Made by a program: the position numbers and the translations under genes. The notes under the pieces are model-generated. The model saw nothing but the letters and a program-made list of their open reading frames with translations, had not been told where the DNA came from and did no database searches. A stretch of 64,000 nucleotides of DNA from Octopus bimaculoides (taxonomy: Eukaryota), in contig NC_068981.1 of the NCBI RefSeq assembly GCF_001194135.2, positions 116,203,587-116,267,586 of the forward strand, written 5' to 3'. Shown in pieces: positions 1 through 14,940 of this stretch (within the stretch, counting starts at the first letter, position 1; every line of letters begins with the position of its first letter).

Positions 1-885
1 AATCAAATGAAAATAATATGGGACGGAAAAGGAGGTTTTAAAGCATCCGGCCAGTGACTGATAGACCAAGCAAGAGAAGTTCATAGAAACGATTGGATTA
101 CGGCAGTAGAGATTGAAGAAATTCAGGGAAAGATTTTTAAAAAAGCAGAAGGAGAGTGAAACAGCAGTAGGAGAAATCGGTAATGAAGGGGTAAGGGATG
201 AAGAACATGGAAAAAGTGGAAATTGCAGAGTATCAGATAAAGTAAATAATGAAGATGTTCTAGATGGACAAGTAACAGTAAGTACTGCACAGGACTTGAA
301 TAATAAAGAAATTGAGATTTTTGAAATGTTGCAAGGTAAAATGTCTGAAGGGTACAATGAAGTATTATCAAATGGACAGAAAACAAAAAGCGTGGAGAGT
401 AACAGGCAAATTAAATGAAGTTTTAAGCTTGATTAAAACAGAAAACATCAGTGAAACAAGCCAGATAATCATAGCTGCTGCTAATGTCGTAGCTAACATA
501 GTAGGCTACACGCGAAAAACTGAAGATATAAAAGGAAATGAAAAGAAAGAACCAAACTAGTGGAAGAGAATACGAATGAAGCTGAAAAAGACACGAAAAG
601 AACTATGATAATTGAATAGGATAATGAGAAGGCTCAAAAATAAGATAGTAATCAGAAAATTGAATGGAGAGTACAGGTTAGAAGAAGGGGTGAAACGAAA
701 CAGCGCATAAAGAATTGACACAAAAGGTGGCAACATTAAAGGCCCAAATTCAAAATATATAATGTTAGATGCATAGGTTTCAAACAGAATACACAGTTCC
801 AATCAAATAGAAAGCGTCTTTTTGAGGTAGGTTAACACCAGGACCTGATTCCAGTTGCAGAAGAAAGTAAAGAATTTGGGGGGGG
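1..885 (+). mobile_element. R4/Dong-type RLE non-LTR retrotransposon fragment (pre-RT region), degenerate
   Basis: Translation across stops and frameshifts gives DQAREVHRNDWITAVEIEEI, IIIAAANVVANIVG, KEPN*WKR, KQNTQFQSNRKRLFE and PVAEESKEF. These are collinear with the N-terminal part of the related element at 63219-63792 and with the R4/Dong ORF layout. Confidence 0.7.
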
Positions 886-887
886 GG

Positions 888-1063
888 AAGAGAATATTGT
901 GGTGAAAGAGTACAGCATAGTTCGCCACTATCCCCTGCTGGAGCCTCGTGAAGCTTTAGGTGTTTTCGCTCAATAAACACTCACAACACCCGGTCTGGGA
1001 ATCGAAACTGCGATCCTATGACGCGAGTCCGCTGCCCTAACCACTGGGCCATTGCGCCTCCAC
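888..1063 (-). mobile_element. tRNA-derived SINE 5' portion
   Basis: Minus strand has an A-box TGGCCCAGTGG (1051-1041) and a B-box-like GTTTCGATTCC (1008-998). There is no complete cloverleaf. Confidence 0.75.
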
Positions 1064-1097
<34 letters not shown>

Positions 1098-1104
1098 GTA
1101 GTAA

Positions 1105-1149
<45 letters not shown>
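1064..1149. repeat. (TAG)n microsatellite
   Basis: Direct reading of the sequence. Confidence 0.95.
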
Positions 1150-2790
1150 AAAGGGCAATAACAACATTAACTATAACCATAAGTGAAATAGATTCCTGAT
1201 TTGGATTTTTATAATTCTGAGTCAGCGCAACGTTTTTTTTTTTTTTTGTCTAATATTTATATTGAAAAATACAGATGCATTGAAGTTCATACTTTTTCTC
1301 CAAAATTATACACGGGAAATGGGAAACAGAATATATTGTAAGGAATCCCGATCGGAATTAAGCATGAAATAACATCCTGGTACCATTTCACCAATAATTC
1401 ATCTAATTCCAATTTAATTCAGGTTGAAAAATATATTATTTCGTGCAATAATTCCATTATAGAAAATTAGCCTACAAATCGACTACATATATATATCAAC
1501 ATAGATCTCTTGCCACCTTCATGTTTAACTTGGGGTTAAACAAGAGTAACTAAATAATTTATATCTTCTTCAGTTGATCTTGCATTTCATCGAACGAATT
1601 TCTTTTGTATTATTTTTCCTTACACATTACATGAGATCCAATAACGAAATTTAGTGCTGCGCAATTCACTGCGTCGATGGAACCTCACTGAAGCTTTCGC
1701 ATGTATATCATTTTCCCAATTCCATCTAATGTAACGGGCATGCTCTGCCTTTACACTGTACACACTTTAGTTGAACTTAATATGGCAAGCTGTAAATTAT
1801 TCTTAACTTTTAGTTTTTATACTGGTCAAGTTTGTCATCGTGGCAGCTGGTTATATGAATCCATTCCACCAATATGTTAATAGTTACTGAAGGTTGTCTA
1901 GATGCGAACTATTAAAGAAACTGATAGATTCTTGATAAGTACACTGAAGCTGAGTCGATAATATTTGGGACTTACAGGTGGATGGGCGTTTGCTTTCCTT
2001 TACCAGTAGACTCCTGACTACTTTACTGGAAAATTGCTTGCTCTCTTTAATCTTTATGATGTGCAGGCGCAAGTCACTGCTATTACTAATGAGTCTTTAA
2101 TTCATAAATGATTCATAACGTTGCGGAGAGGGCTTCAAATCCCTCTCTGGGATTATGCCATAATAGAAATGATAAAAGCGTAGTTGCGTTTCAATTAATT
2201 TTATTACATCCCTGCCAAAGCACTCTAGATATAAATGAAATGAACATTTACTGTCAGTATTTCATTCTTCTACTGCAACCGTAGGTTGATCAGAAGTAAT
2301 TCCTAGATGCTCATACCTTTCACATACAATATATATCAATAAGAATACTGAATCGTACTGATTATAAAGCCGTTTGTTAGCAAAGAGAATCCAAATGGAT
2401 GAAAGGTAAAGAATATCTAGGCGGGAAATGCAGAAATAAAGAACAGCTTGGCATCAATTGCTTCATTTTCGTTGGATGTCACTGGGAACCGAATACGATT
2501 GTTCATTGAATTGGAAGTATGCGCGTGATTTCATTGAAAGCACAGACACTGCTTCACAGACAAGTAACAATTCCAGCACTTTTAGATCTACGCCAACACG
2601 ACTGAGACACAGTTACACTTCAGAGATACCCACGAACTAATGACACCAGGATTTTACGCAGTTATTAACAAGTGAACAACATCAATACACACAGATACAT
2701 ACGTACATATATATATGTGTGTGTGTATGCATTTACAACTTTATGTATATATGTATACATATACATCTGTGTGCATGTATGCATATTTAA

Positions 2791-2792
<2 letters not shown>

Positions 2793-2871
<79 letters not shown>

Positions 2872-2881
2872 NNNNNNNNNN

Positions 2882-2917
<36 letters not shown>

Positions 2918-2953
2918 ACAATATTAAATATGTGTATATATATATATATATAT
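2793..2953. repeat. (AC)n/(AT)n compound microsatellite containing a 10-N gap
   Basis: Direct reading of the sequence. Confidence 0.95.
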
Positions 2954-3478
2954 ACATGTATATATATGTATTAATTTATGTATATGTACATATATGTGTA
3001 TATATGGTCGTAGTGTGTGCATGTATATCCTTTGACTGCATTCTCTACACTTTGAGCAATACGATTAGTGACTGCCTTCATTAAATGAAAACAATCTTTA
3101 TTTAGAAACAACAACTAATATATTTATCTGAAATGTCTTTATTGCTTCTGTCTTTAGGATTTCACTGACAATTCATACATGAAAAAATGAAATGTCTGAG
3201 TGATATGTCAGTGAGTATGCATAAATGTGAAAATAAACTGTAGAAGGAGAAAACATATAGGAGGGAAGAGAGAAGTTCGTGTGCCAAACAGCTAAATGTG
3301 ATAGGTGACAGCGATATAAAACTTTTTACAATAAAAAATTGAGAGGGAAGTAGAGAGAAGGAGGGAAAGAGAGAGAAGGAGGGAAGAGAGAGAAGGAGGG
3401 AAGAGAGAGAAAGACGGAAAGCGTAGGAGATGGTGATAAAGCGAGAGAGGAAAAGAGTGACTGAGAGAGAAAGAGAAA

Positions 3479-3546
<68 letters not shown>

Positions 3547-3555
3547 GAGAGAGAA
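3479..3555. repeat. (GT)n(GA)n compound microsatellite
   Basis: Direct reading of the sequence. Confidence 0.95.
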
Positions 3556-3704
3556 AAACAGAGAAGATTAATGAGGTTGCAGTATGAAATATTATATCAC
3601 ACCAAAAGCGTTAAAGAAAGAAAATAGCATTTGACGAACGGTCAAATACACATTTTTTTTCTTATTTTCTTGATCTCATTTGTACGTTTTCTAAGCCGTC
3701 ATGG

Positions 3705-3955
3705 CTGCAACTTCGTTTTCCTATTATTTATCTTTCCTCTTATCTTTTCTTACACTTGTTTCACTCAGTAGACTGTAGCTAATGGGGTGGGGGTCGAAGA
3801 AATTAACCCCAGGACTTATTGTTTTAAACCTTGAACTTATTTTGCTGGCTCTTCTGCTAGACTGCTAGGTTACCGGGACATAAAAACACCAAAACTGGTT
3901 GTGAAGCGGTGGGTAGGTGACAGACAGACACAAGGACATGCGCACACGCATACAT
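3705..3955 (-). mobile_element. Degenerate SINE 3' half (family of 36818-37202)
   Basis: Collinear similarity with 36818-37010 and 56450-56630 (cttgtttca...gactg...gtcgaagaaat...accgg...ggttgt). Confidence 0.5.
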
Positions 3956-4194
3956 ACACAGACACACGCACATGTGGTGTTTATTTTTATCCTGTTAGTT
4001 CATCTACATCCAGATTTCATCCTGGTTTAAAATGTAGCCATGCGAACAGAAGTATGGTGGTTTAGACAGTCTTATAGTTTTCGTAAGGGATAATTAGTGT
4101 TGAGTACAAAAATTATGAGAGGTAGTGTTTCCTTGAAGGATAGAGGAAAGGTTGGTGTATTGGGTCTCTATCTGACAAAAACACTACATTTGTT

Positions 4195-4640
4195 ATAATG
4201 TAGGAAATACACGTCGAAGCAAAAACTTACATAATAAAGAATAACGAATGCAATTTATGCCTGGAAGAAAAATACCATTTTTTCCCATCTAAATACCAAT
4301 TATTGATAATAAACAAGAATTAGCCCTGAAATGTGGACATGAAAACAGAACAAAAAAACATTCAAATATTTCCTTATAAGGCTTTTAATAAATAAAGTGT
4401 CATGTAGGTCAGCGACACTAACAGATTTGACGGACAATATTTGTATAATAAATGGTTTGCCATTATATTCTGTTTGCTTTTATATTGTGTTAGTGACTTA
4501 TACTCTCACCCAAATTATCTTTGATTAATTTTCTTACCTTAAGTCCTAGATGTCTTAGTTTTCGTCATTCTTTACCGATTTCCTAAGTGATGTATATATT
4601 AATTTGCTCTGGAGTTCTCCAACGAATAATTAATCTTCGT
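4195..4640 (+). mobile_element. Penelope-like element 3' end (C-terminus plus downstream repeat)
   Basis: Encodes ECNLCLEEKYH...KQELALKCGHEN, matching the CxLCxxEK...ELxxKCRH C-terminal motif that follows the PLE GIY-YIG domain. Confidence 0.65.
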
Positions 4641-4649
4641 GTGTAGCAC

Positions 4650-4690
<41 letters not shown>

Positions 4691-5117
4691 NNNNNNNNNN
4701 NNNNNNNNNNNNNNNNNNNNNNNNNNNNNNNNNNNNNNNNNNNNNNNNNNNNNNNNNNNNNNNNNNNNNNNNNNNNNNNNNNNNNNNNNNNNNNNNNNNN
4801 NNNNNNNNNNNNNNNNNNNNNNNNNNNNNNNNNNNNNNNNNNNNNNNNNNNNNNNNNNNNNNNNNNNNNNNNNNNNNNNNNNNNNNNNNNNNNNNNNNNN
4901 NNNNNNNNNNNNNNNNNNNNNNNNNNNNNNNNNNNNNNNNNNNNNNNNNNNNNNNNNNNNNNNNNNNNNNNNNNNNNNNNNNNNNNNNNNNNNNNNNNNN
5001 NNNNNNNNNNNNNNNNNNNNNNNNNNNNNNNNNNNNNNNNNNNNNNNNNNNNNNNNNNNNNNNNNNNNNNNNNNNNNNNNNNNNNNNNNNNNNNNNNNNN
5101 NNNNNNNNNNNNNNNNN

Positions 5118-5167
<50 letters not shown>

Positions 5168-6204
5168 CATATATATATATGAGCTTGGTTTGTTATTACA
5201 GACGTAAAATTGATTTGCATAGTTACAAATTGTGATTACGCTGTAGGTGGAAGGAATCTACCTCATTGTGAAAAATGATCCGACTTTTTCTTATATCTCT
5301 GTATCATTAAATTAATTAGCTACCTTTAATGTAGGTTGGAATAAGTAGGAATATATGCTCACAGAATATATTCCCATCTATTTTGTTTAAGGCTAGTGGA
5401 TGAAATATACTCTGACGTAGTTTGACATCTGGCATTCATTGTTCTACATCTAAACCTTAGGGTCATCCTAGGGCCGATTTGATAGCGGAAATGTATCCAT
5501 ATCAGATTTTTCACTATTACTTCTCATATTTTTTGCCCTCATCACAAATTATGCCTAACCAAACATATAAGACTGTCGAAACCATTATACTCCAGTCCGC
5601 TCCAAACTTTAATAGTGAAAACACCTTGGATAAAGCTGTATGGATACATTTGAACCAGGATGAAATTTAGAGACATATGAACAAACAGAATACATGTAAA
5701 TACCACATAGTACATACCATGATATCCATGCAGAAATATATGTCGGACAGAGGTTTAAGAGAATGTGCTGTATAAATGACAATGATAAAAGCTATGCAGA
5801 TGTATAATTCTCCATATTAATTGTTATTCTCTTGGATATACACATGGCTAAACTTTTATAAAGCAAGATTTACACATCGGATGAAATACATCGGGATTGT
5901 TTACGCTAAAAGTCCCAGGTCCCTCAATATATCATTCGATGCTAGCAGACAGAACCTGCCAGGATATAGTAACTGTGTATATATATATATATATTACATA
6001 TAAGGAGTTATGCGTGATAAATATAGAAGGTGCAAAACGAATGAGAAGTTTATAAATATAGGAATAAAAACGTCAACTTCTAAAATGGCAAACCGCCTAA
6101 ATCGTCGAAAACTCACTTATGCATATAGAATATACGATAGAAATAAAGCTGGATATCAAGGTTAAGAAAAACATAATTAAAATAGGATCCAAAACATACT
6201 CAAT

Positions 6205-6266
<62 letters not shown>

Positions 6267-6570
6267 TGTGTGTGCGTGCGTGTGTGTGTGTGCGTGCGCG
6301 CGCGTATAGACGTTGAGGCACCTCAACACACACACAGAGAAAGTCAGACAGAAGTACCGACATGCAAGCATATAAATAACTAGATATGCACTTTCATCAG
6401 TGCATAACCAGTTTTTTCTATTACACCAAATGAATATAACAGTGTGTATGCGTATGTATTTGAGCGTACATGTATATACACGCATACATATAAATTCATA
6501 GAAATATGCGTCTCTAGCTATCTACTGTGTGAATGTATGAATGTTTGTATGTTTGTATGAATGTGTGGGT

Positions 6571-6614
<44 letters not shown>

Positions 6615-6629
6615 ATGTGTGCTTGTATT

Positions 6630-6785
6630 TGTGCTTGTCGTCAATCACCACTTGACAACCTGTGGGTGTTTTTTCATTCCCCCGTAACCAAGTGGTTCGG
6701 CTTAGGAAACTCATTGAATAAGTAGCAGACTTTAAAAGGAAATATAGTTCTGGGATCAATTCTTTCCACTAAAATTCTTCATATT
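6630..6785 (+). mobile_element. SINE 3' fragment following (GT)n
   Basis: Similar to the 3' half of the SINE at 7792-8150 (caccacttgacaacc...gtggttcggc...gaataagt). Confidence 0.5.
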
Positions 6786-7791
6786 TCTTTGTGTCTATGT
6801 CTATGAGCATATATAAACGTATTTGGCACTTTTCAGCATTAGTTTTTTTATGAATGTATGTATTTACTATGTGGCTAACGTTCTAAGTGTTTGAGCTTTG
6901 ATGGTGTGTTGACTATGACGGTGGGAGTGAGATAATTACGGAGGTAGGCATGTGGAATGAAGTAGATCCGTACGAAAGTAGGGATGGTAATTTTAGTGTC
7001 GTGATTGGAAGGTGTGCTTTGATACACCCGGGTCATGCTCTTTTTAGCGTTGTACTAGTAACATGTGTTCAACAATTCGACGCATGTTCAAATGTAACAA
7101 TACGAGATCAAAAGAGTGACCCGAAATTATAGAAGCGGTAACTAGAGGCAAAGAGAAAAGTGGAGTGGTAAAGAGGAGGAAGGCTAATAGGAGTAGAGAA
7201 TAGAGGCATGTATATAGTAATGAAAATGAGATGTCTTGATAGGTATAGCATAAGTTGACACATGGTGACAAAATGAGCCAGAGACATAGATTACAGAGGA
7301 AGCTGGAATACACGCGCAAAAACAAACCATAAACGCAAGGCATATGTTCAAATTCCTTCGAAGCGAAGTTTTTGTAAACTAAGAATTTAACGTCTACGAT
7401 ATAATATTAGTTTTTAATTTCTTTTTGTTACTCATTTTCATACTCTTGCCGTATTAAGTTACTTGCCCAATCTCATTTTTGTTTAAACTATGCAAATTAC
7501 CCGACGAATTGTTTTACTTTTTTGTGCATGTGTCTTTAGAGCAAGTGTGGGCCATAGATTTGCCTAATAAGTGGCAGGTCACAAATTTACACCTTGAGCA
7601 CGTTGCGCTGCTTTCTTCTATGCGACCCTTCTAATATGTCCGAGATTTTCACGACATATTATAATTCACTGTGTTCACTGGAAAATATGAGCAACTCAAA
7701 TAAAATTTTTATTATTTTAGAAATTGGTGTGTCAGCAGGCTCGATTTCTATGCATATTTTGAAATTTATAAAAAATGTTATTAATATATAC

Positions 7792-8150
7792 GCAGGCGTG
7801 GATGTGTGTTAAGAAACTTGCTTTCCTACCACATGGTTCCAGGTTCAGTCCTGCTGCAGAGCATCTTGGGCAAGTGTCTTCTGCTATAGCCTCAGTCTGA
7901 TCAAAACCTTGTGAGAGGATTTGGTACACGCCTTGTGTCGGTGTTTGTTCCTCACCGCTGCGTGACAACCGAACTTGGTGATCGTACGTTCCCGTATCTT
8001 AACGGTTCAGCAAAAAAATACAAGAGAATAACTACCAAGCTTTAAAAACAAATAATAAGTATTGGAGGTCGATTCATTCAACTAAAAATGCTTCAAGTCA
8101 GTGCCCTAGCATGGTCGAAATCTAATGACTGAAACAAATAAAAGATAAAA
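7792..8150 (+). mobile_element. tRNA-derived SINE, near full length, internally deleted
   Basis: Head gcaggcgtggatgtgtgttaagaa...ggttcagtcc, core cttgggcaagtgtcttct and tail atgactgaaacaaataaaagataaaa. Reverse-complement homologues lie at 36818-37202, 54745-54900 and 56450-56720. Confidence 0.75.
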
Positions 8151-11100
8151 TATAAATTGGGTGAGTACTGTTATTTGGATCAAATTAGGGTTATAAACAA
8201 AGAAATGTCAGATATATTGCAAGGCAATTTAACCGAGAAATGTCTGTGGTAGCAACAGCAGTTTTATAGAGACTGATTTAATCGTTTTTATTTTACTTCA
8301 AATTCTATTGAACTTAAATTACAAATGTATTGATTTGGAACCAATTTTTAATTGTACAGTTTTGGCTGGAGTTACAAATTACGTATTACCAACATTTAAG
8401 TTAGTATTAACATACTTTATGTAGTATGTATAAGTATTGCAATTGATAAAATATACACTTACACCCATAGTGAGAAAACAAATAAAATTAAAAATTTGGC
8501 ATAAAGAAGGTTGTATGTTTGATCCTTCACATGTGCAGTGATATTTCCGTGCATGTTTCAATCATATAGAACCTTCTAATCGAAGCATGATCTTTACTGA
8601 GTACTTGGTATAATATTGGAGATAAAGCAATTTGAACTGTAGTATAATAATAACCTAGTTTAGCAATAATTTTGCTAAAACGTTCTATTCAAGAAGAATT
8701 CTATCCAGTGCAATGGTTCTTTATTTTTTTTGCGTGGAGGAAGAGGAAATCAGATTAGTTGTGATTGTTAGTTCCAACAGTAGACAACATTAATGAAGAG
8801 AAAATAAATTATTTAAAAATATATTATCACGTAACTTACATAGGAAGTATATTATTATGTGACTTACATAGGAAATTTCTATATATTTATATAAATCTAC
8901 CAAATTACATTTATCAAACAGAATATATTGTATGGCTGTAAAAAAATTCTTACTAGCTATTTCGAACAATGCTACTCTAACTTGGCGATCCGCATTGACT
9001 GTACTTTGAACATCTCTTTCTGATATCAGACTTCAGTTAAAACTCGTAGCAATATAGATTTTTAAAGTTCAAACAGTTGTTAGCTTTGATGGATCACGAA
9101 AACTTTATAAAAACCGTTAATATTTCTTCAAATTTCATACCTAAAAGTACAAGAGAAATTCTATTCGATTTAACAATATATTTCATGGCAGATATTTATT
9201 AGCAAATCAGGTCTTTGCCAAATTGTACGTTTTCTTTTTTTTTTTTTTCAATTTTCACTTTTTAGATTGCCATTTGTCTTACACGCATGACTATAGTCAG
9301 TCAAGCTAAAGGCAAATGCGACCTAATTTGATCCAAATAACAAAATTCTCCCAATTTATCAAGAATCAGATGGAAGCCATATCTTTTATTTGTTTCAATC
9401 ATTAGATTATGACCATTATAGGAATCCATGTAAATCAAATATTTCAAGGGAAATAAATCCAACAAAGTCTAAGCCAGGAAGGTTACTACTTGTCATGCAC
9501 TTATTTTAAATATCAGTAAATTTTTGTTCCTTCATGTTCAGGTATTCATAAATCCTTAGATTTGCCATATACTCCAAATTAATAATTACAAAAACTTCAC
9601 TAATCGTTCATTTAATTCTTATTCGTCAACTTCTCTTCGCAGCTGCGTAAGGAGAAAAGACGAGAATTGAAACCTGTGTGGTGATCTCTACACTGTAGCA
9701 ACATGTATTATTGTTTTCCGCCTCTCATATACATTTACGTCTTATATGTTTTGTCTAAGTACAATCGGATACGTCAGTCCAAGTAATTGATTGGAGTCTA
9801 TCGACCATGAGAGGCGAGTGATAAGCAAACATCATACAAGGCATTTATTTCCGTTCTATCATTTCTAAAATTCTACCGATTTCAATCATTTATAATAATA
9901 CTGAATTTCGCTGGTTCAGTAAATCTGTTTGAGTGAAATCCAGTTCACTATAAGTATTTACAGTACAGATTTCACAGAAATTACTGGCATAAGTGACCAA
10001 AGACATGTTACTAAGGCAGACTAACGAGAAAATATATCGACTCGAATATACTTAAATACGGACCCGAAATTTTTGAATAAATACATTTTGAAGAGAAAAA
10101 TTGATTCTTAATATATTCAACTTAAGTAGTCGCTTTGTGCAGTGTCTACTGTGCACAAATCTACCTTACTTGTGAACAAACGCAGAAACTGAAATAACTT
10201 AGAAGGTTAAAGCATTTCTCAAACTATTAAGCCCATCATTACATTTACGTTTTAATCACATTGAAGCTGAATATGTTCATATAACTTTTATTTCTAATGT
10301 AGGAATAATATATTCCTTATTCACTAGATTCTTAACAGATAGGTATACTTTTGGATTTATAACATTAATATATGGTACAGCTTTGAATTTAGACGGCATT
10401 AAATATCTTAAATAAATTAGAAGTATAGAATGTAGTTTTATGAATGAATACTATCGCAAAAAAATATATATATTCCATTGGACAGAGCATCTAGATTAAC
10501 TCGCCTGGCTACGTCTAAGATCACATATTTCTATAGCCGAATAACTTGTCGACACAAATTCTCTTTCTCTTTCTGACGGGCTTGATTCTAGTAAAAATCC
10601 CTACTGAAATGTTGGAAAGAAAACATAAAATAAAGTGCATGCGCGCGCACGCACGCACATATACACACACATACACGAGGAAAGAAGGAAAGAAATGAGT
10701 ATTGTGATTAAGATCAAGTAGAAAGAGAAGAAAACACTATCTCATTCTATCAGAAATTTAATTCTAGTAAAATATGTTAGCTAAAACCAACATTTAGTTT
10801 TAGATTTGATTATATGTTATGACACACAACCAGACATATTATGAGGTCGAGACAATGCAACAAGGAGAAGAGTGTTTGATAGTATAACAAACGGGTTAAA
10901 TTGTGAAAGCCGCTTTGTTTTGTATTTCTTTTTGCACAAAGGAGATATTGTTGCAAAATTGAAAAATAAAAAAAAAAACAGAATTTTTATAGATTTAAAC
11001 ATGCTAATACTTAATATCATGTCGTTTATATATGTGTAACAAAATAAAAAAGGGAAAATGTGGGTTACTTTCGAAATTAACCCAGATTACTATTGAATTT

Positions 11101-12982
11101 ATTATTTTACTTTAGTGCTACTTTTTTTACTTTCTTTTCTTGCGAAAACACGAAGATGTTTTAATATACATAACTAATTCAATTGGTGATTTTTGGTGAC
11201 ACGTGAGTAATTGGATTTAGAATTTAGTGTGAGGTTTCTGAGTATTTTTAATTTATTACTTCCTAGTGTTCACTTTCACTAATATTGGTCTCTATTCATG
11301 AAGGTACACGTGTCCTATACTTTAGGTGGAAGGCCAAAATAGGAAATGTCCGATTGTAACTGTCCTAACAACATTAAAATCACAAATAAGATGAAAAGCT
11401 TTCCAAAGAAAATATATGAAGAGATCAGCTTATAGAAATCTCCGAAAAGAATTACATGTGTCATTAAAATATTTGCACCGCGACCATACGATTATAAGGG
11501 TGATGCAGCGAAGTAATTTAGCCACGGATTATCCAGTGGATTTTGAGCAAAATTTAATGTACGCAAGTAATTTTATAGATGCCATGTAAAATAATTTACA
11601 TTAATAAAAAATAGCATACTCGATACGGATATACAGTAAAGTTAGGTACTGATATAGTCCTTGTGTTATCTAGAGCATAGTTACCCGGTGTTTTATGTAT
11701 GGATTATTCTAAACAATCATTTATTTAGAAGGGGCCTATGGTAAAGAAATCCGATAATACGTGAGTTCTGTCGAGGGTACCACTTGTGAGAACGCAATTA
11801 TGCGCAGGTTGTTTTCTCTACACCATCAAGTCGTTAGAGGAAAAATTTTACAAACTAAAATTGATAGTTAAGTTAATGTGATAGTAAAAGGGATGAAGTG
11901 GTGATCAGCGAGCAGAGATGATATGGTGATGTGCATACAGTGTCGAAAGAGGGAATGAAGAGAGTGACTCAAATGTAATAAATGCGTTTATGAAAAAACA
12001 TTACCCATTTCATAACTTATATAACAGAAATATCCCGGCGTCAGTGAATTAACAGAAAACGCACACACGCACACGCCCGCGCACGCAAACACACGCACAC
12101 ACATATATACACAAACAAATAGTTACGATATTATACGATAGGCTTTCTCATAGATTGTCTACTAAAGTGCACAAAGAAAAGATATAGGACTAGATCTTAG
12201 TTGGAGACTTTTGATATGTTAACAGAGCCAGTTCAAAATTGGATCGAAACCCGTGCTTGCACTGGAAACATCTTAACAAAACAGATTTGCCTAAGTAGCT
12301 GACGATTGTTTGAATGAAATCTTTTTACACATTTAGAAAGTATACATATCTTAAATTTATTTTCATTTTTAGCTACCGTAACACAAGAATATATTAGTAT
12401 TACAAGATAACAATGCGTGCTGCTGATCAGTTCAGTATTTTTCTACTTTAATCAGTTGGACATCTTGTCCCTCTTGAGGATTCTGTTGAAACTTTGGTAA
12501 TAATTCTGTTTTTGCAAGCAAAGGTTTGAAATTCATGTTGCGAGTTTAAAACAAATCGCCAATTACAACATTGCATTTTATCTTATATTATGTAGTAACA
12601 GCTGTTATACCAAGCTATTGCTTGCTCAGTATCTTAGCAAGAGCTTAAATGTAATGCACTTCTATATATGAAGGATTCAGTGGTATACAAAAGAAGATCC
12701 AATGCAGAATGCGCGCACAAGCGCAAATTTATATACATGCACATAAGGACATCCAGAAGACCACGAACACATATGTATATATAGAATATATATGTATATA
12801 TAAAATATAAGGATGTATATGTGTGTGTTTGTGCATGTGTGAGTTTAAGCATTTCTGCATATATGTAGATAATGTAGGCGTGTAGTCTGTATGTAATGTA
12901 TGTTTGTATGTATGTATATATGCAAACATGTATGTATGCATATATGTATGCATGTATATATATATATATGTATGTATTGTGC

Positions 12983-13021
<39 letters not shown>

Positions 13022-13462
13022 TGTGTGTGTGTGTTTGTGTGTGTGTGTGTATACATATACAGGCATACGGCGAAAAGCAAACACGGAAAACTCATACATA
13101 TCCACAAATACACCAATAGAAGCAGAAACACATACATTCATTCATACATATAAATACATAAACACATGTATAAATATATACATACATACACACACACCTA
13201 CATAAAGAGAGAAAAGAACTGAACGAAACACTCAATAACCGAATCAAAAGACCTAGAAACACCGAAGGATGATGGAAATGTCATTCATACAAGGTTTTTA
13301 CATACATTTTCAAGCCAACCTTATGGTTAAAACATATTTTTTAACATGTGTCTTGTACATTATTGTTAAAACTATAAAGCGTGGGGTAGTAAGACAAAAT
13401 AATACCAAACACGAAAAAAACATGATTCTGAACAGTTTTATGTACACATGTATATATGCATG

Positions 13463-13519
<57 letters not shown>

Positions 13520-14516
13520 GTATGTATGCATGTATATATGTATATATATATATATGCATGTGCGTGTGTATNNNNNNNNNNNNNNNNNNNNNNNNNNNNN
13601 NNNNNNNNNNNNNNNNNNNNNNNNNNNNNNNNNNNNNNNNNNNNNNNNNNNNNNNNNNNNNNNNNNNNNNNNNNNNNNNNNNNNNNNNNNNNNNNNNNNN
13701 NNNNNNNNNNNNNNNNNNNNNNNNNNNNNNNNNNNNNNNNNNNNNNNNNNNNNNNNNNNNNNNNNNNNNNNNNNNNNNNNNNNNNNNNNNNNNNNNNNNN
13801 NNNNNNNNNNNNNNNNNNNNNNNNNNNNNNNNNNNNNNNNNNNNNATAAGCATATACACGCAAGCATACACACAGATACACACGCACATTTTCTTGTATG
13901 TGTGTGCGCATATATATCATCGCTTGTTTTCTTTTTATTTTTATCTTATCTTTACGTTTAAAACATAAGAAAAATATTTTAAAATAAGAATGTCAGAAAC
14001 AAACAAAAAAAATTGCATAGAAAAAACAAAGAAATAATCAAAGCAATATATAAATAAATAAGGAAACATTCCACATTGAAAATAAAGGAAATGGCCGGTT
14101 TGTAGTAAGATTATGAAAGTTATGAAGTCAAGGGTGGAAGATAAAGGTTAAGATTACGGCAGAAGACCGGCTTTTAGAACTGGAATAAAAATCTATGAAA
14201 ACCCATATGAGAGAAACGAAAACATTCTTCAACATCTGCCTCAAAGGAAAACCCTCTTTGCGAAGACTTTTTTCATTCTATTGTTGTTGCTGCAATTGTC
14301 GTTATGTATGCCTTCTTTCATTTTCGTTTACCTTAGTGCAACTTCTGTCTGTCACTCTCTTTTTCTCTTTGTTTCCTTCTTCCCATACAGACACAAACAT
14401 TCGCACATAGACATACTCACACGCAGACGCGCACACAAACATCCTTGCATATATATTCACAGACACATATGTGTATACACACACACACACATACACACAC
14501 ACATATATATATATAA

Positions 14517-14517
<1 letters not shown>

Positions 14518-14550
<33 letters not shown>

Positions 14551-14555
14551 GGATG

Positions 14556-14611
<56 letters not shown>

Positions 14612-14635
14612 TATAGATAGATAGATAGATAGATA
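14518..14635. repeat. (GATA)n microsatellite
   Basis: Direct reading of the sequence. Confidence 0.95.
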
Positions 14636-14940
14636 TGCCCACAAGTGCGCGCACACTCACACACTTGTATATTTGTGTGTATATATATATAAATATTTAA
14701 ACATACATCCTCACTCACTTATATATGAGCCTATTTGTATATGCGTATATAATNNNNNNNNNNNNNNNNNNNNNNNNNNNNNNNNNNNNNNNNNNNNNNN
14801 NNNNNNNNNNNNNNNNNNNNNNNNNNNNNNNNNNNNNNNNNNATATATATATATATATGAGTGCGTGTATGTAACTGCACGTGGACTGTTGGCAATTCTT
14901 TCCTCCTTCTTCCTTTTCTTTTGAATTTTCCTGTGTCTCC

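Noticed and set aside
888-1063. tRNA-like A/B boxes here and at 7792, 37200, 47250 and 47900
   Set aside because: There is no complete cloverleaf; these are SINE heads.
1650-2660. Possible decayed RTE-like LINE on the minus strand
   Set aside because: Only vague similarity and no intact diagnostic motif.
8821-8876. 28-bp tandem duplication (atattat...acttacataggaa)
   Set aside because: Two copies only, an ordinary slippage event.
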